Positions 1-13,900 of a stretch of DNA of 64,000 nucleotides are shown here, piece by piece. Source of the DNA: Octopus vulgaris. Taxonomy: Eukaryota. Numbering within the stretch: the first letter of the stretch is position 1; every line of letters begins with the position of its first letter. The stretch spans positions 108,872,001 to 108,936,000 of the forward strand of contig OX597817.1 of the NCBI GenBank assembly GCA_951406725.2, given 5' to 3'. The translations under genes and the position numbers were made by a program. The notes under the pieces were generated by a model that was not told where the DNA came from, did no database searches, and saw nothing but the letters and a program-made list of their open reading frames with translations.

Positions 1-444
1 AAATGCTAAAATATTACAATCAGTCTCAAAACTAATCGAATCCTCATGTAATTACCGAAGCACGGAGGTTTGCCGAAAAAGAAGCTACGGCCAGGCAAAA
101 ATCATTGCATACCTGGTGAAAGTCTCCATTAGAGATACTTCAACGAGCTGGATATGTCTGTAGGGTACACAGAATACTACTTCAAGACGCATTGAAAGCA
201 TAAATATATCGAAAATATCACAGCACATTAAAGTAAATTGAAACTGGAAGGACGAAATAGTGAATCCCAACTTCATATAGGTAATGTTAGAGGAGGAACA
301 GACTTTATGAATGGTTCAAAATACAGTGACTTCTGTCTCCAAGAACAGCATACCACTACCAGCATAGAAGGAATTCAGTTTGACTAGGCGACACAACCAA
401 ACTTTTGTCGCTTTACATATTTCAGTATTCTCTAGCTTTATACT

Positions 445-596
445 TACCTACACACACACTCACACATATGCACACACACATACATACATACACACACACA
501 CGCACACACATACTAACACACGCAGGTACACAAACACACACGCATACAAATATGCACGTGTTTGTACGATATGTATGGTTGTATATATGGTTGTAA

Positions 597-631
<35 letters not shown>

Positions 632-647
632 CATAATACATACATAT

Positions 648-720
<73 letters not shown>
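445..720. repeat. Compound (CA)n/(TA)n microsatellite
   Basis: Direct reading; explains the YIYI/THTH ORFs at 380-745. Confidence 0.95.
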
Positions 721-725
<5 letters not shown>

Positions 726-817
726 TTAGAAAGCTCCTTCTATAAAATAAATTAATTTACTCTGCTATGTATTGAGTACCTTATTTACTGTGGTTAACCC
801 CGACTCAACCCGGGACC

Positions 818-869
<52 letters not shown>

Positions 870-2237
870 AGGAATCAGAGAGAACCAGGTATTTGAAAAT
901 ATATGCACCAGGTAGGGTGGGATAAGTCTGTGGTTCTGTGGTTCCGGCCTATGGCTGGTAAGTATCAAACGATATTCCGGTTGTCTACACACAATAAACT
1001 AACCCTATGAGTATTTAGCACCTATGGCTGGTACAAAGCACGCGTTACGTAGAGTTGTATGTTGTCGGTATAATCTAGGTTGTCTGAGAAGTCGTAAATC
1101 CCCTTACTGTATTATAATCAAATGAATAATAACAGCTCCATGCAGCAAAGCCTGCACCCGTATCTACTGTTTGAGTACGTTTTAACCACTCTAATGATGT
1201 CCTAACTCAAATCAAATTTAACATTTAACACTGTTTAAAATTTCAAGGATATCACTTTACACTGTCTGAAATTTTAAAGAGATCAAGTAGTGAAAATCTA
1301 ATAAATAAGAAACAAGACCTCCGTCTTTCCTGTATACATAAGGGTACTCGCACCTTTAAACATTTTATGGACATTAAACAACCTCTCTAATAGCTCTTTA
1401 CCTAGGGCCAATCTAATTTACTCCCTCTATTGATGACCCAAAATCGATTGTTCTCCTTATTTGTCTGAGTTCTTCTCGTCTCGTTCTTCCGTTCCATTAC
1501 TTCCAAACCACTCTTACTATGCTTGCATGGTATGCTATATTGAAGGAACTAACCATTCTCTTTGTGGTGTACCCAGTATTAAGCATTAGCGATAGCGAAG
1601 ATAGCTAACCTAGTAGTAGCAGCTTGCAACCCCTAGTCAGTTCTTTTCCAATTCCACTAATTAGGTAATCCTTATACCAAGATACAGTTATCTGTGCCGC
1701 GTATGTTAAACAATAGATGGAACACACTATCCAAACCTCTTACCTGCAACTATTGTGCTGAGTTTCATTACCTGATTCACACAATGGTAATTATACTATC
1801 TAATTAAATAATATCAACGCCATCTGTATAACATTTCAAATTGTTAAACATTAGACTACTTTCCACTGCTGGCTTTCTTTAATATCCGATCTGGTATTTC
1901 CTCTCACTCTGTACTAGGTGTAGTATATTACATAACCTCCTTTTTCTTTGAACTCTTTAATGATGAGCAGGAATCTATTATTACTACTAGATTTTTTCTC
2001 TCCTGGCATACATGTCCTAATACTAACCCTTATAACCACTAACGCTTATAACATATTCGTATCTAAACATGCTATTCTGCCCCTCTTCATCTGCTATTTC
2101 TGCCCCTCTTTCGTACACACACATGAGTGTTCAAATATACACGAAATTTTATGTAGATATATATTTGATTTGTTAGTCATATACCTGTAAAAATTGTGAA
2201 GCATGCAATAATTGTAATCCATTCTTTACTTTTATAT

Positions 2238-2502
2238 TCATACATACATACATACATACATACATACATACATACATACATACATACATACATACATACA
2301 TACATGCATGCATACACATACATATATACATGCATACATACCTCCCCCTCATACATACATATATACATGCATATATACATACATACATATATATATATAC
2401 ACACATACATACATACATACATGCATGCATACATACATACATACATGCATACATACATACATACATGCATGCATACATACACATACATATATACATGCAT
2501 AT

Positions 2503-2533
<31 letters not shown>

Positions 2534-2716
2534 CACACACATACATACATACATACATGCATGCATACATACATACATACATACATGCATGCATGCATAC
2601 ATACATAATACATACATACATACACACATACATATATACATGCATACATACATATACACGTACATATATATATATACATGCATATATACATACATATATA
2701 TATATATATATACATA
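2238..2716. repeat. Long compound (TACA)n/(TGCA)/(TA)n microsatellite with internal higher-order duplication
   Basis: About 480 bp built from TACA, CATG and TA units; source of the MYVC/HTYI ORFs. Confidence 0.95.
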
Positions 2717-2789
2717 ATCCAAAGATGGAATTTAATGCATCGCTATGCGCGTTTCGACAAATGTGTTGTGTGCGTGTATATATGTATCA

Positions 2790-2826
<37 letters not shown>

Positions 2827-3534
2827 TATATAGGTATGCCTATATATCTCTTCGCTGTCTATCTCTCTCCATCTCTTGTTCTTCACCCTTTCTGGTTTTC
2901 CCTCCCACCCTTCCCTATTTTCTCCTCTTCTTTTCACCGTTCCCTCTCTATCACTCTTCCTCCTTGACTCTCTCGTCACTGACACGTGACGAAAGAAAAT
3001 ATATCTTTCTGCTCATTTTCTTCCTAAAGACAACACGTGCTTATACCTGTCTCCTCTCATAAGCTCGTCTCCCTAGCGTTCCTAATAATTTTTCTATCGT
3101 CTTGGATTAAGAGCCCTCACCATTTGTTTTTACTGTCTTGTTCTCATTGTCCTGTTCCTCTTACCACTTTCACCCTATGCAAAAAATCCCAAATTTTATT
3201 TAATTTGCTTTGCTGGAAGGATTGTTTCAACGAAGTCGCGTATTGTCCTTGCCTTCGGAAAGCGGAGTAGATGAAACCGAGACAACTGATGAAGGGGAAT
3301 TTCTTTATGTTGCATGTCTCGCTTTTCGTCAGCTTTTAGAAAAAGTTCGTTTTCTATGTTTTAGTTTTTATGGTTTCTTTTCTCGTTATGTTCAACGGTT
3401 TTTGATGTCATGTACCCATATATGCATGTATATATACATATATATGTAGGTATATACATATATGTATGTATAAGTGCATATATTTACATATTATATATAT
3501 ATGCTTTAGTATTTGTATTTATTATATACAATAG

Positions 3535-3537
<3 letters not shown>

Positions 3538-3567
<30 letters not shown>

Positions 3568-3615
3568 TGTATGTATGTATGTATGTATGTATGTATGTAT
3601 GTATGTATGTATGTA
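3538..3615. repeat. (TATG)n microsatellite
   Basis: Direct reading. Confidence 0.95.
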
Positions 3616-4844
3616 TATTTGTGTTGAGTGCATCTTCTTGAAGATATATGAGTTGGGCACTATAATCAAATGTAAGTTTGATAAAAAAATTCTGAGAAGC
3701 AAAAATTTGAATATGTTGCTTTTTTGCTAAGTCCCAAAAAGCAACTCAAGGAGCATTTCATTTTTTCAGTCTGTTGCGCAATTCCGAATCACTCTTCTTC
3801 AGAATTTTTTACTGGTTTTACTGGGTTTTTTTCTTGTTAGTGAAAACATTATTCTAGATTTTAAATCTGTTAAGTGAGTCTCTACTGCACGCTATAGTAT
3901 ATTGCTTTTATTCTTTCTTCTTTTAATATTTTACCCTCAGAGACTTATCAGCTTCCTCGTTCAAAACTAAACAATGAAAACTTATGATCTTTATTGTCTT
4001 TCGTCTTCTTTTCTTCTTTTTTATGTATTGCTTTCTTCATTTCAAGAAATAAAATCTGTAGATGTTTTTCGTATTTAAAAAAAAAATCAAATCTACTTTT
4101 AAGATTAAGTTTTATGCAATTTTAACTTATTCCTTGTTTCTCTTTCATTCTAAACTTGCAATAAACTATTTTTTCTCTAATTGTATTATTTAAAACTTAA
4201 ACGTCTGCTTTATATCAGTAAGTCTTGTCGTTGGCGAGTTTCCTTGTAGATTCTAAGTGGGTTTCACTAACCTCCTCTCTCTCTTGCCCGCACTCATCAC
4301 ATAACAATATAATAACGATATAACCTTCTTCCTAAAATGTATGCTCATTTCTCGTGTTCTAATAGTTACTGAGTTGCCACTATAGTACCTTATATGACCT
4401 TTATAATTTCGCCTTTACTTAGTCGGTTCATTGATTGAGTGCTTGTGTATGCAGTGTTCCAGAAAATGAATACGTGCTTCTCTTGTTTGCTTTTTTATTC
4501 ATCCTTTCCATATTTTCTTTCTCTTTCCCGGCATATATTATTTGTTTCTTATTTTCATGATTATCAGCATATTTTACTTACTTTTACATCCTCGTACAAA
4601 CAATGTCCCTCTAATACAAAACATCACTACGTTTATCATACCTCGTCATCCACAATTGCATATCATCTTCAGTATATTAGTATCAGCAATTTCATGAACA
4701 TCCACCCATCCATCCATCTATTCACCCACGCATCCATACATACATATACATATATATATATATATATATAATCATATACCTCACCTCAATTATATATGTT
4801 ACATATATATACGTTATATGCTATATATATGTAACACAAACGCA

Positions 4845-4898
<54 letters not shown>

Positions 4899-5136
4899 CA
4901 CACACATATATACACACACACACACATGGTAAATGAAAGACGGAAGTTGGAATATACAAGAATTTTTATCAATCATGACAATTGTTTCGACATATCTAGC
5001 ATCGATCCCTCAAGCAACTGGTTCAGGAGTATCTGGTGGTGCAGATACAACTCGTTAAAATAACAGTTCGACAATGTATCATCTCATTTTGTAGCAATAA
5101 AAGCAGCAAAACGAAGGAAGTATTTTCATTTATATA

Positions 5137-5179
<43 letters not shown>

Positions 5180-5180
<1 letters not shown>

Positions 5181-5700
5181 TAGCTGAAATATCCGGCGTT
5201 GCCCGAGTTAATGACTCAGAGGATTAACAGTAACACCACAAAGCACTTTTACTAAAAAAAACACCCAACGAAATTACTTAGACAATCACACACATACAAA
5301 TATATTTGTAAAATCTGTGGATCTTTATTCCGTAAAGGCGTAAGGCAGCCATATCTGATAAATTTGTCTTTGCACTTTAAAACTCGGCATGAACCCACTT
5401 TCCCTATTAATTTTTGCCCCAAATGATGTCATTAGAAAAACATAATTTTAAGAAAGTGTTTTGATTCTGAAGTGGTATCCAAATGATGTTTTCTGAGTTG
5501 TGGAGGCTCAGTTATTGGTAAATGGACTTTACCTTCAGAACAACACATACTTAATGATACATTGTCCCACTTCCTAGCACCACACGTTTCACGTATTTTG
5601 CACATAGAGCCCAGGGAGACAATTTTTGCAGATGCATAATTACGATTAGGATCATAATTAAATACTAAACCTTGCCATTGAAATCGTCTATACATTTTCT
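5180..5700 (-). mobile_element. Internally deleted Helitron: RepHel N-terminal fragment joined to the 3' terminus
   Basis: Minus ORF 5432-5695 (FNYDPNRNY...GSMCKI..TCGARKW....MCCSEGKVHLP..EPP...SKHFL) continues after a frameshift as MTSFGAKINRESGFMPSFKVQRQIY. These match the Helitron pre-Rep motifs CCxxGKV, FxMTSFG and PTFKVQGQIY. On the minus strand a GC hairpin (cgggcaacgccgg, 5193-5205) precedes CTAG|T at 5180-5183, next to (TA)n. The 5' end was not located. Confidence 0.85.
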
Positions 5701-5814
5701 ATTGATTTTTAGTCGTTTTTTTCGGTCGTTTTCACTCTTTTGTTTTCTATTTATTCTACCCTTTCTCTCCTTTTTTGCAACTGTATTTCTTTGTCTCTTT
5801 TCTTTTCTTGTACT

Positions 5815-5915
5815 TTTTTATTACTTAGCGGTTTGGCAAAAGAGCCCGATAGAATAAGTACTAGGCTTACAAAAATAAGTCCAGTCAAATGGCTGAAACA
5901 AATAAAGGAATACGA
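5815..5915 (+). mobile_element. 3' fragment of the SINE family seen at 10411-10826
   Basis: acttagcggtttggcaaaagagcccgatagaataagtactaggcttaca matches the reverse complement of part of the 10.5 kb copy. Confidence 0.7.
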
Positions 5916-6525
5916 GAATAAAAGAATATATATCGTCAGCAGCTTTCTAGTTTTCCTATCATTCTTCTGTAGGTTTTGGGTGTTCCAGTTGATAATACCT
6001 ACCTGTGAATCGGATGATTATTACACTACGCGTGAGTTGAGTTGAAAGCTGTAGTAATATATGCTGTGTAAAAACTTTTATGTTTTCCTTCTTATGGGTT
6101 CCTTTTTCGCTTTGTTCTTTTTATTGTTTATACTGTTGCCTTTCAAAATACGTAAATACTTGAAATACTCTCCCTGTCAGTTTAAATCCTTATTTGTACA
6201 GTACTGATTTCCACGTATCTGAGACTATTTTCTCGTCATGGTAAGACAATGTGCTTATTTAATTAAACCAAATTCTATTCTTATATCCACACGCAATCCT
6301 GGAATGTGGGATCTTATTAGAAGCATTTTAGTAATCCATCCCATCCAGATGACAGATATATCTGCATGTCCTCCACAATTTCAGTGTATTCTAATCAAGG
6401 AGGAATTAATATTTTGCGTCACAGCGTTGCTTTCAGCAAACTTTCCATTCTGCTTGCACATAGTTGGTACGCAAATCTTGGTTGATGTTTTAGAAGATCA
6501 TGCTGGTCAGTAGTTTCAGCATTGT

Positions 6526-6760
6526 GGAGGCGCGTGGCTTAGTGGTTAGGGTGCGATATTTATAGTCGTAAGATAAGATTGTGGACCGGGTAATGCCTTG
6601 TGTTCTTGAGCAAAACACTTCATTTCTTGTTACTCCAGTTCACTCGGCTGGCAAAAATGAGTAATACCGCGACGGACATGCATTCCGTCTAGGTGGGAAC
6701 ACAGGCGTCACAAAATTAGGAAAACCATTCTAAGGAGCCTACGGCTTGGAAATTATCTTT
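6526..6760 (+). mobile_element. tRNA-derived SINE (family C)
   Basis: Head ggaggcgcgtggcttagtggttagg carries an A box; core ttgtgttcttgagcaaaacacttcatttc is shared with 42525-42790. Confidence 0.75.
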
Positions 6761-7899
6761 AATAATTTTTTTTCTTTAGTTTCCACATTATTGTTCTTGG
6801 TTACATTGTTTATTTTTGTTTTCTCTTTATGAACACCATAGTCTCTTTATATAACCAGACTGGGACGAGATTAAAACTGGGACATTTGTCAGGTATTTGT
6901 GCCATTCTGTGATGTAGTGACTTCCATGTCCTAACCCACTAAAAGTCTGTACCCTCTGAGCTCCATGATGTTATACTGGAGTGCTCTTTTGTTTGTTTTC
7001 GGGTCATATGCACAGTTATGTTCAGGTAGTTTTCTTATTCACTTCGATTTCCATGTTCAAAAAACAAATCTACATTTTCATTATGCGTAATATATAACTC
7101 ACAAAAACTATTTTCTTCGCGTCTGGAATTTCTCAAATAACCTTTTATGATTGTTTTGAAAGAATCTCATCTGGTGGACTTGTTCCCTTTTAATGAAAAA
7201 TGTGTTCTAGCTCTGCTAGAACCTCTTTGTTAAATCTTAAGCGTTGAATATGTAGATTTTGGGTGGGGGTGTGGGCGAGGAGGAATTATTCAAGCCTGTA
7301 AATCTCCTTTTGTATTCACTTGATTTGACCATTAACTCTTCTCTTCTATCATGGCTAGGTATCTCCCTATTTAGTCTTTTCTCCACTCTACACCTATGAT
7401 TTGTCCTACAACAATATTCGCTTTTTTATTAACTAGTTTCATTCTTTCTGTCCTCTTGCCTCATAACAACCAAAATCCTATTCACTGTTGACATTTTTTC
7501 CTTTGTTGTGTCTTCATATTTTACGTTGCCATGTTCATTTTTGTTCTTGCTTCGAAATGTACATTTCATCATCTAATCCATTTCCTTGTATTCATCCTTC
7601 ATTCGTTATGTTGTTGCTGTTGATGCTGAGGTATTTCTAAGTACTAAATCACCTCAAACTGAGATCCTTCGTTGTTTCTCTTATTTTCCAAGTCCCTATT
7701 TTCTCTATAGTCATCTCTCATAGACATTTCCGATAACTAGGATCGCGCCCGATGTAATATTTCATGACTGCTCTAATCATCTTTTTCTCAACTTATTCTA
7801 TACTTTGCAGTGGCCGTGGTTTGATGTCCTGAGTGAGCTCAATCCTCCCTCTACCGGCCAAGAAATCTTCACCTGAAATTCAAGTGCTTTTTATACAAC

Positions 7900-8060
7900 T
7901 GTGGGAATTCCCATTCGAGTGTACAGTTAGCATTGTTACAGCGACGCTTTCTCTAGGCAGGTTGTCATTCAAATCTTTAAAAACACGTCTGCCTTTAGCT
8001 AAGGGATGTTACGTTGCGATATTTTCTACAACTAATATTTTATTGCTCATAGATCACGTG
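7900..8060 (+). mobile_element. Decayed LINE (RTE-like) AP-endonuclease fragment
   Basis: LKTRLPLAKGCYVAIFS resembles the RTE endonuclease motif LMTLRLPL..xx.ATIISAYAPT. Confidence 0.4.
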
Positions 8061-8210
8061 GATTTACGCCAATAGACCAGGTGTACAGATTGTAGCCTTC
8101 CGTCAGTCGGTGGTAAGCCTGATCCCAGCATGTCTTGTACGCTAAAGTTAAATGTACGGCTCTGTCACGTGGTTAGTTGAAGGAAGAGGCAAAGAGAGAA
8201 AGAGAGAGAG

Positions 8211-8253
<43 letters not shown>

Positions 8254-8704
8254 GTCTGTGTTGATCGAAAGGAACGAAGTAGAAAGCAATTACATGAATT
8301 TTAATTGTCATGTAGTAAAATATCGTGACGGACAAAAATAAGTTTAGTTGCGGTTGCAGGATTTAATGTTCAAACGATTCTATATCTACTATTCTTTGAT
8401 GCATCTGCCAATGCACATAGATAGATAGTTTGACGTATAGAAGATAGTATGATTGATGGCCAGATATATGGAAAGAACGCTAAATCAAATTGAAATAGTG
8501 ATTGGTAGCAAATAGATGTTCAGGCTACTTTGTATCCCCTTCTATATGTCCTAGCCCAAAGGCATGCTAGGTCATCGCCATTATTCAGTTTGATTTTTTT
8601 TATTAGGCTTAAGTACTTATCGATATTATCAGAGTAGGCGGCTATTTACACTGGTAGAAAGAAAAAAAGTATATATGAGAGAGAGGTAGACACATAGAGA
8701 GATG

Positions 8705-8887
8705 AGTAGGTAGGAATTTAGGTAGGTAGGTAGTTAAGTAGGTAGGTAGGTAGGTAGGTAGGTAGGTAGGTAGGTGTGTAGGTAGGTAGGTAGGCAGGTG
8801 GGTAGGTAGATAGGTAGGTAGGTAGGTAGGTAGGTAGGTAGGTAGGTAGGTATGTAGGTAGGTATGTAGGTAGGTAGGTAGGTAGGT
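8705..8887. repeat. (TAGG)n microsatellite
   Basis: Direct reading; explains the LPTY ORF. Confidence 0.95.
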
Positions 8888-10410
8888 GAATAGGGAGGAC
8901 TATGAGGGCCATGAAGTTAGGTATGTTTATATATGAATAGATACACAGGCAGATAGAGTCAAGTACAAGTGTAATTAACTCGACAACACTACATAATCTG
9001 TGCTGTTCTTGTGATGGATCGCAGAACTAGTAGTGGTGGACAAAATGCCTTGTAGAAGGTTGGTCTGTTTTCACTTCGTATACACCGTGATGTGAACTGA
9101 AAACATACCTAGATATACTTTGCTATATCGACCTGGAGGTTGCGATAATAAAATATCATCAATCAAGTATTGTGATCAATTTTTAACTTTGATGTGAAAC
9201 CTGAGTCTATGGAATGCTTTGGAGATAATTAGCATTTACTGATTAGACATAATTAAACTATGCGAGTTCATTTTGCAAACTTTATTTAAAAATGCATTTC
9301 GTTAGATATTTTAAATCTATTTGTTTATCAGCTACTACATTTGTGTTTTTATTTTGTACTTTTTTTCCATTTTCACTTTTAAAATTCATTTTATTTTTGC
9401 AACAAACTGGCGAATTGGAAATATATCTAACATCTATATTTTCTCCTGTAAGCCATTATATACTAATTAACGTTAGAAATCAATACAATGATTATCGATT
9501 CCAATTTAACGATGAATTCGAGGTAGTTGGTTGGAAGAATATAAAGTTTGCAGGAAAGATATAGTTGTGAAGTATATTAGTTGGCTAGTAGAGTAGTTGG
9601 CATCGATTTGGAGAACAACACTCAGGCATATTAAGACTCTAAAGATATACGTGATATAGTCGATATGTATGTAAAGTGAGATGAATGTTTGTAAGCTCGA
9701 TTTTCAATTAAGCAATCACATTCCTTCCCATACGTGCAATATCCGACAAAAACCATCAGCCTTCAATAAGTTATATCTCATTAGCTTTTGCTTGTTATGC
9801 CAAGGTAAGCACCTCTGTACGGTCGTCGATATGTGCGGAAAAACATCAAAATCCCAACAAATAACACATTACCGTCCTCTAAAAGAAAGAATACATTTGA
9901 CAATACCGTCCTGAATGTACCAAGAGACAGATAGTTTACTGTTTGAACCATCTTGTTCATAGGTCTATTTACTTGGGATTAATTTGAAGCTAAACAATAA
10001 TAGTAAAACAAAAAAAAACAATACACATAAAAATAAGGAGCAGAATCAAACGATTCCTGATCTAAATTCGTCGAAATAGATCTTGCCTTGAATTTTAGAA
10101 TTTTCTCCTCTCCTTACAGCACACAAACTTTTCTCGTTAAATGTGGTGCTCAAAACCTTATCATGTGAAGACACCTTATCGTCCATCATGCAGGATTCAG
10201 CTTAATGGTAAATTGCTTCTGCTTTAAAATACACGGGGTACGGAAGAATATGCAGGAGGATTATATTTTGTGCTTTATAGGGTACCCTATAACTATTTTC
10301 AAAAGATAACAGGAGAAAAGTTTACCTTAGAAAACTCACATTTGTTTCAACGAATACAAAATATGCTGAAATCAGTAAAAATGTAAAGAATTTGTGAAGA
10401 GATATTTTAT

Positions 10411-10826
10411 GCTACTCTTTCTTTTACTCTCTATTTTACTTGTTTCAGTCATCTGACTGCGGCCATGCTGGAGCACCGACTTTAATCGAGCAACTCGACA
10501 CCGGGACTTATTCTTTTGTAAGCCCAGTACTTATTCTATCGGTCTCTTTTGCCGAACCGCTAGGTAACGGAGACATAAACGCACCAGCATCGGTTGTCAA
10601 GCAATGCTAGGGGGACAAACACAGACACACAAACACACACACGCATATATATATACATATATACGACGGGCTTCTTTCAGTTTCCGTCTACCAAATCCAC
10701 TCACAAGGCTTTGGTCGGCCCGAGGCTATAGTAGAAGACACTTGCCCAAGGTACCACGCAGTGGGACTGAACTCGGGACCATGTGGTTGGTAAACAAGCT
10801 ACTCACCACACAGCCACTCCTGCGCC
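10411..10826 (-). mobile_element. Full-length tRNA-derived SINE (family B)
   Basis: Minus strand starts ggcgcaggagtggctgtgtgg (A box) then ccgagttcagtcc (B box), has an internal (TA)/(TG) tract and an (AAAAGAGT)-type tail. Related copy at 51887-52206. Confidence 0.85.
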
Positions 10827-10854
10827 CATGCTATTTCATATAAATTTCATGCAA

Positions 10855-11210
10855 ATTTTAGTACAAGGTCAGTAATTTTGGAGTAGGCGATAAGTCGAAT
10901 ACATCGACCTCAGTGCTCAAATGGTACTTATTTTATAGATTGCGAAAGAGAGAGAAAGGAAAATCGACCTCAGCAGGATTTGAACTCAGAAGGAAATGCC
11001 GCTAAGCATTTTACTTGGTGTGGTAACAATTCTAACCGACCGCCGCCATGTACAAGCTGTGATATTGGTTTCAAATTTTGGCATAAAGCCAACAATTCAT
11101 CAACCCCGAAAAGATGAAAAGCAAAGTCGACATTGGCGTAATTTGAACTCAGAACGTAAATACTTCTAAGCATTTTGCCCAGCATGCTAATGATTCTGCC
11201 AGCTCACCGA
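10855..11210 (-). mobile_element. Two or three nested fragments of tRNA-derived SINE family A
   Basis: Repeated gtcgacctc...atttgaactcagaa and ctgccagctcaccg blocks shared with the 23031 and 24461 copies. Confidence 0.75.
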
Positions 11211-12979
11211 CTGACAAAAGCATGAATATTGACAAGTAAAAATAGAAAAAAATAGAATGAGTACGGTAAATATGTAGTCATGTTTGTGTGTATGCATGTG
11301 CGCATGTACGTATATATGCATATTTCCATGTTAGTGTATATGCATATATATGTGTGAGTGTGTGTCAGAATCTAAGCATGTTAACACAATGTCAGTCAGC
11401 TTGCAGCACAAGTTACAGACATACCTTTATTTCCCTATTTATTGCAGTCTGCTTGCTGTTTTATTGTTTTCTGATACCTCTTTTACATTTGTTTTCTGAC
11501 AATGTTTAATTAAAGAATGGCTTCCACAGAAGCAGATTTTATTGCAATAAACAACACTTCCAAGTCACGCATCATTTCTTTGTACGTGCCCTCTCTCCAT
11601 TTAAGCACAGCTTCTATGTTCTAGTATATTCTTTAAAGGATCCATTAACATGGTAATTTGCTTTCCAGTAGAAGGGAATTGAAAGCAAACAAAATATTAT
11701 TTTTGGAATATATTTATTACATAGAATAGCTTAAATTGCGTTGAATTTATTTAACCTCATTACTAAATCAATTATTGCACAGTGGGGATTTGTTGTGGAA
11801 TATAAGATATGTAAGTTATGTATTTTATTGCATAGATATTGTATTTCGTATGTCTTATGCCGGTTGTTCAATGATATTGAGAGATGTATATTGTACGAGT
11901 CATGTTATTCATTCGGAAGTAACTTAAATAGGATGTGTTCTGTACATTGAAGATTTATATTTTAATCTGTGAAGTTGTAATGTTTCATATGTGTTAGGGT
12001 TTCCATATTAACTATCAATATTGTTGTTGCGTTCTACATTTAAATCCAGTTTGTCATCAACACAGTACTCTGATAGTTTTCGACCTCTTTTATACAATGC
12101 ATTGTGGTTAGGATGGACAAAAATCTAAATTTTCGTATCTTTTATTTATATATCTAGAAGGTTCATTTTAACCACCTTATAGCGCCGGGCACGTGTAGAT
12201 TTTATTAACGTAGCTATTCCTTTGTTATATGCCGCATATGATACAATGCACTTCCACCTACTTACTGTCACTGTATTATTATTATTGTGCTGCCCTCCAG
12301 CGAATTTCCTGAAATAAGGCACTGGTGATTGGACCTACAATGGACCTACAAATACAGCACCTTACTGAGGACACATTTCCTTGGTGGTAAGGTTAATCCG
12401 GGATTTATGGTATACCATGATCAATCTTGTGTAGCTGTCTGGCAGGTGGTTTCAAGTTCGGCCCTTGCTGTTGTACTTCTTAATTGTTTCCATATTTGAT
12501 TTAAAACCTACACATAAGTTAATTTGTTCTTATAATATATCCGATATGACATACTAAAGGCCATAAATGAACAACAATTTCTTCAATTTCCACTTAGAGA
12601 GTGATGCACTCCTGAAAGACTGGAGCATGTTTTGAATGGCGAGTGGGGACGAAATGAACTGGTCTACTGAAATATACGTAAGCTGTGCAAATCTGCCCGG
12701 ACAGGGAAGCTAAATTTACCATTCTTTTTGAAGTTACTGGATTGTCTCAAGCTGCTTGCCCTCGTATAGGGACATATAATTTCATTTTGGTTTATATTAT
12801 TACTTTAACGTCTGTATATTTTTTTATAATCAATTTTACATACAGCCAAGACCACATTCATAATTTTTCTTTATCATTGTTTTATCCCCCTATTTGTCGA
12901 CAAATGTTTATGATTAGGGTTTGAGTATTTTTGTTTTGATAAGAATAAAAATTAATATGAGTACTCTGACCTCTGTTGA

Positions 12980-13900
12980 AAGATTTAGTGCAGATTTAGC
13001 GTTTCATGTCCATGCTCCGTGTGGATGACGTATGGCAGTGGAAGGGGCATACTTGAGACTTTTTATATTATCTGCACACCTGGGAAGTTTGGGATGTGGC
13101 GCTAAGTCGGCCATTGACACATAGAAGGAAGTGAATGGGGAAAAAGTGAAATCTGGAACACAACAATGGTGATTGATAGTGGATTAAAAAGAATTCCATC
13201 AACACACCGCAATGAAGTGATCTGATTAAAAACTACCGATCCAACAAATTTTTTTTATATGAGATTCGCGTATTAGAGTTGGTTATGGTTTTGCGGATAT
13301 CTACGACAACATGCCTCGAGAGGAATTTCTCTAAAGTCAGAACATTAGCGAGTAACATAAGAGAAAAAAAGATTTCTTGTTAATCTAGCACAACAAAACT
13401 GTACTGGCGATCAGTGAGGAGAACATCATTGTTAACTGCTGTCTCCATTACCTTAGGGATGTCAGAAATTACCTCAACAGTATGATAAGTGGCTAGCTCA
13501 CAATGGTTACCTTTTATTGGAATGGACATATTTCTAAATACCAGAGTATATTCCTGTAAAGAATAAGAGATTAAAGAGTTTGATAAATAATGGGGAAATA
13601 CCTGATATGCAATGTTTGTAACGGAATTGACATTGTCAAGGATTTGAAACAAACGGATGCAACTTCGCATATGGCGATTAGATATATCAGGCTGGAGGAC
13701 TGGTAGGTAGAAAGGGATGAATCAAGAGGAAATTAGCTAAGCGTATGTAGTACTAGAATTGGAAGTACAGCAAGTAGCCAAATTAAAGTTTTTCTTTAAG
13801 GTAATATTAGGCACGGAATCATCATTGTTGGGAAAAGGAGGGAAAATGCCTCTGCAAATTTAGCGGAATTATATTATAAAGGAATCAGTAACGGTTTCAG
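12980..13900 (-). mobile_element. Decayed APE-type LINE, reverse transcriptase region
   Basis: Minus ORF 13380-13670 IPIKGN...ATYHTVEVISDIPKVMETAVN...LLTDRQYSF corresponds to PIPKKG..NYRPI.ITS.ISKVME..LSD.QYGF. Confidence 0.65.

Noticed and set aside
380-3730. Many overlapping ORFs up to 219 aa (YIYI, MYVC, HTYI)
   Set aside because: Translations of stop-free microsatellites; the same applies to the ORFs at 34713-35061, 36348-37405, 41504-41852, 60346-60657 and 62904-63983.
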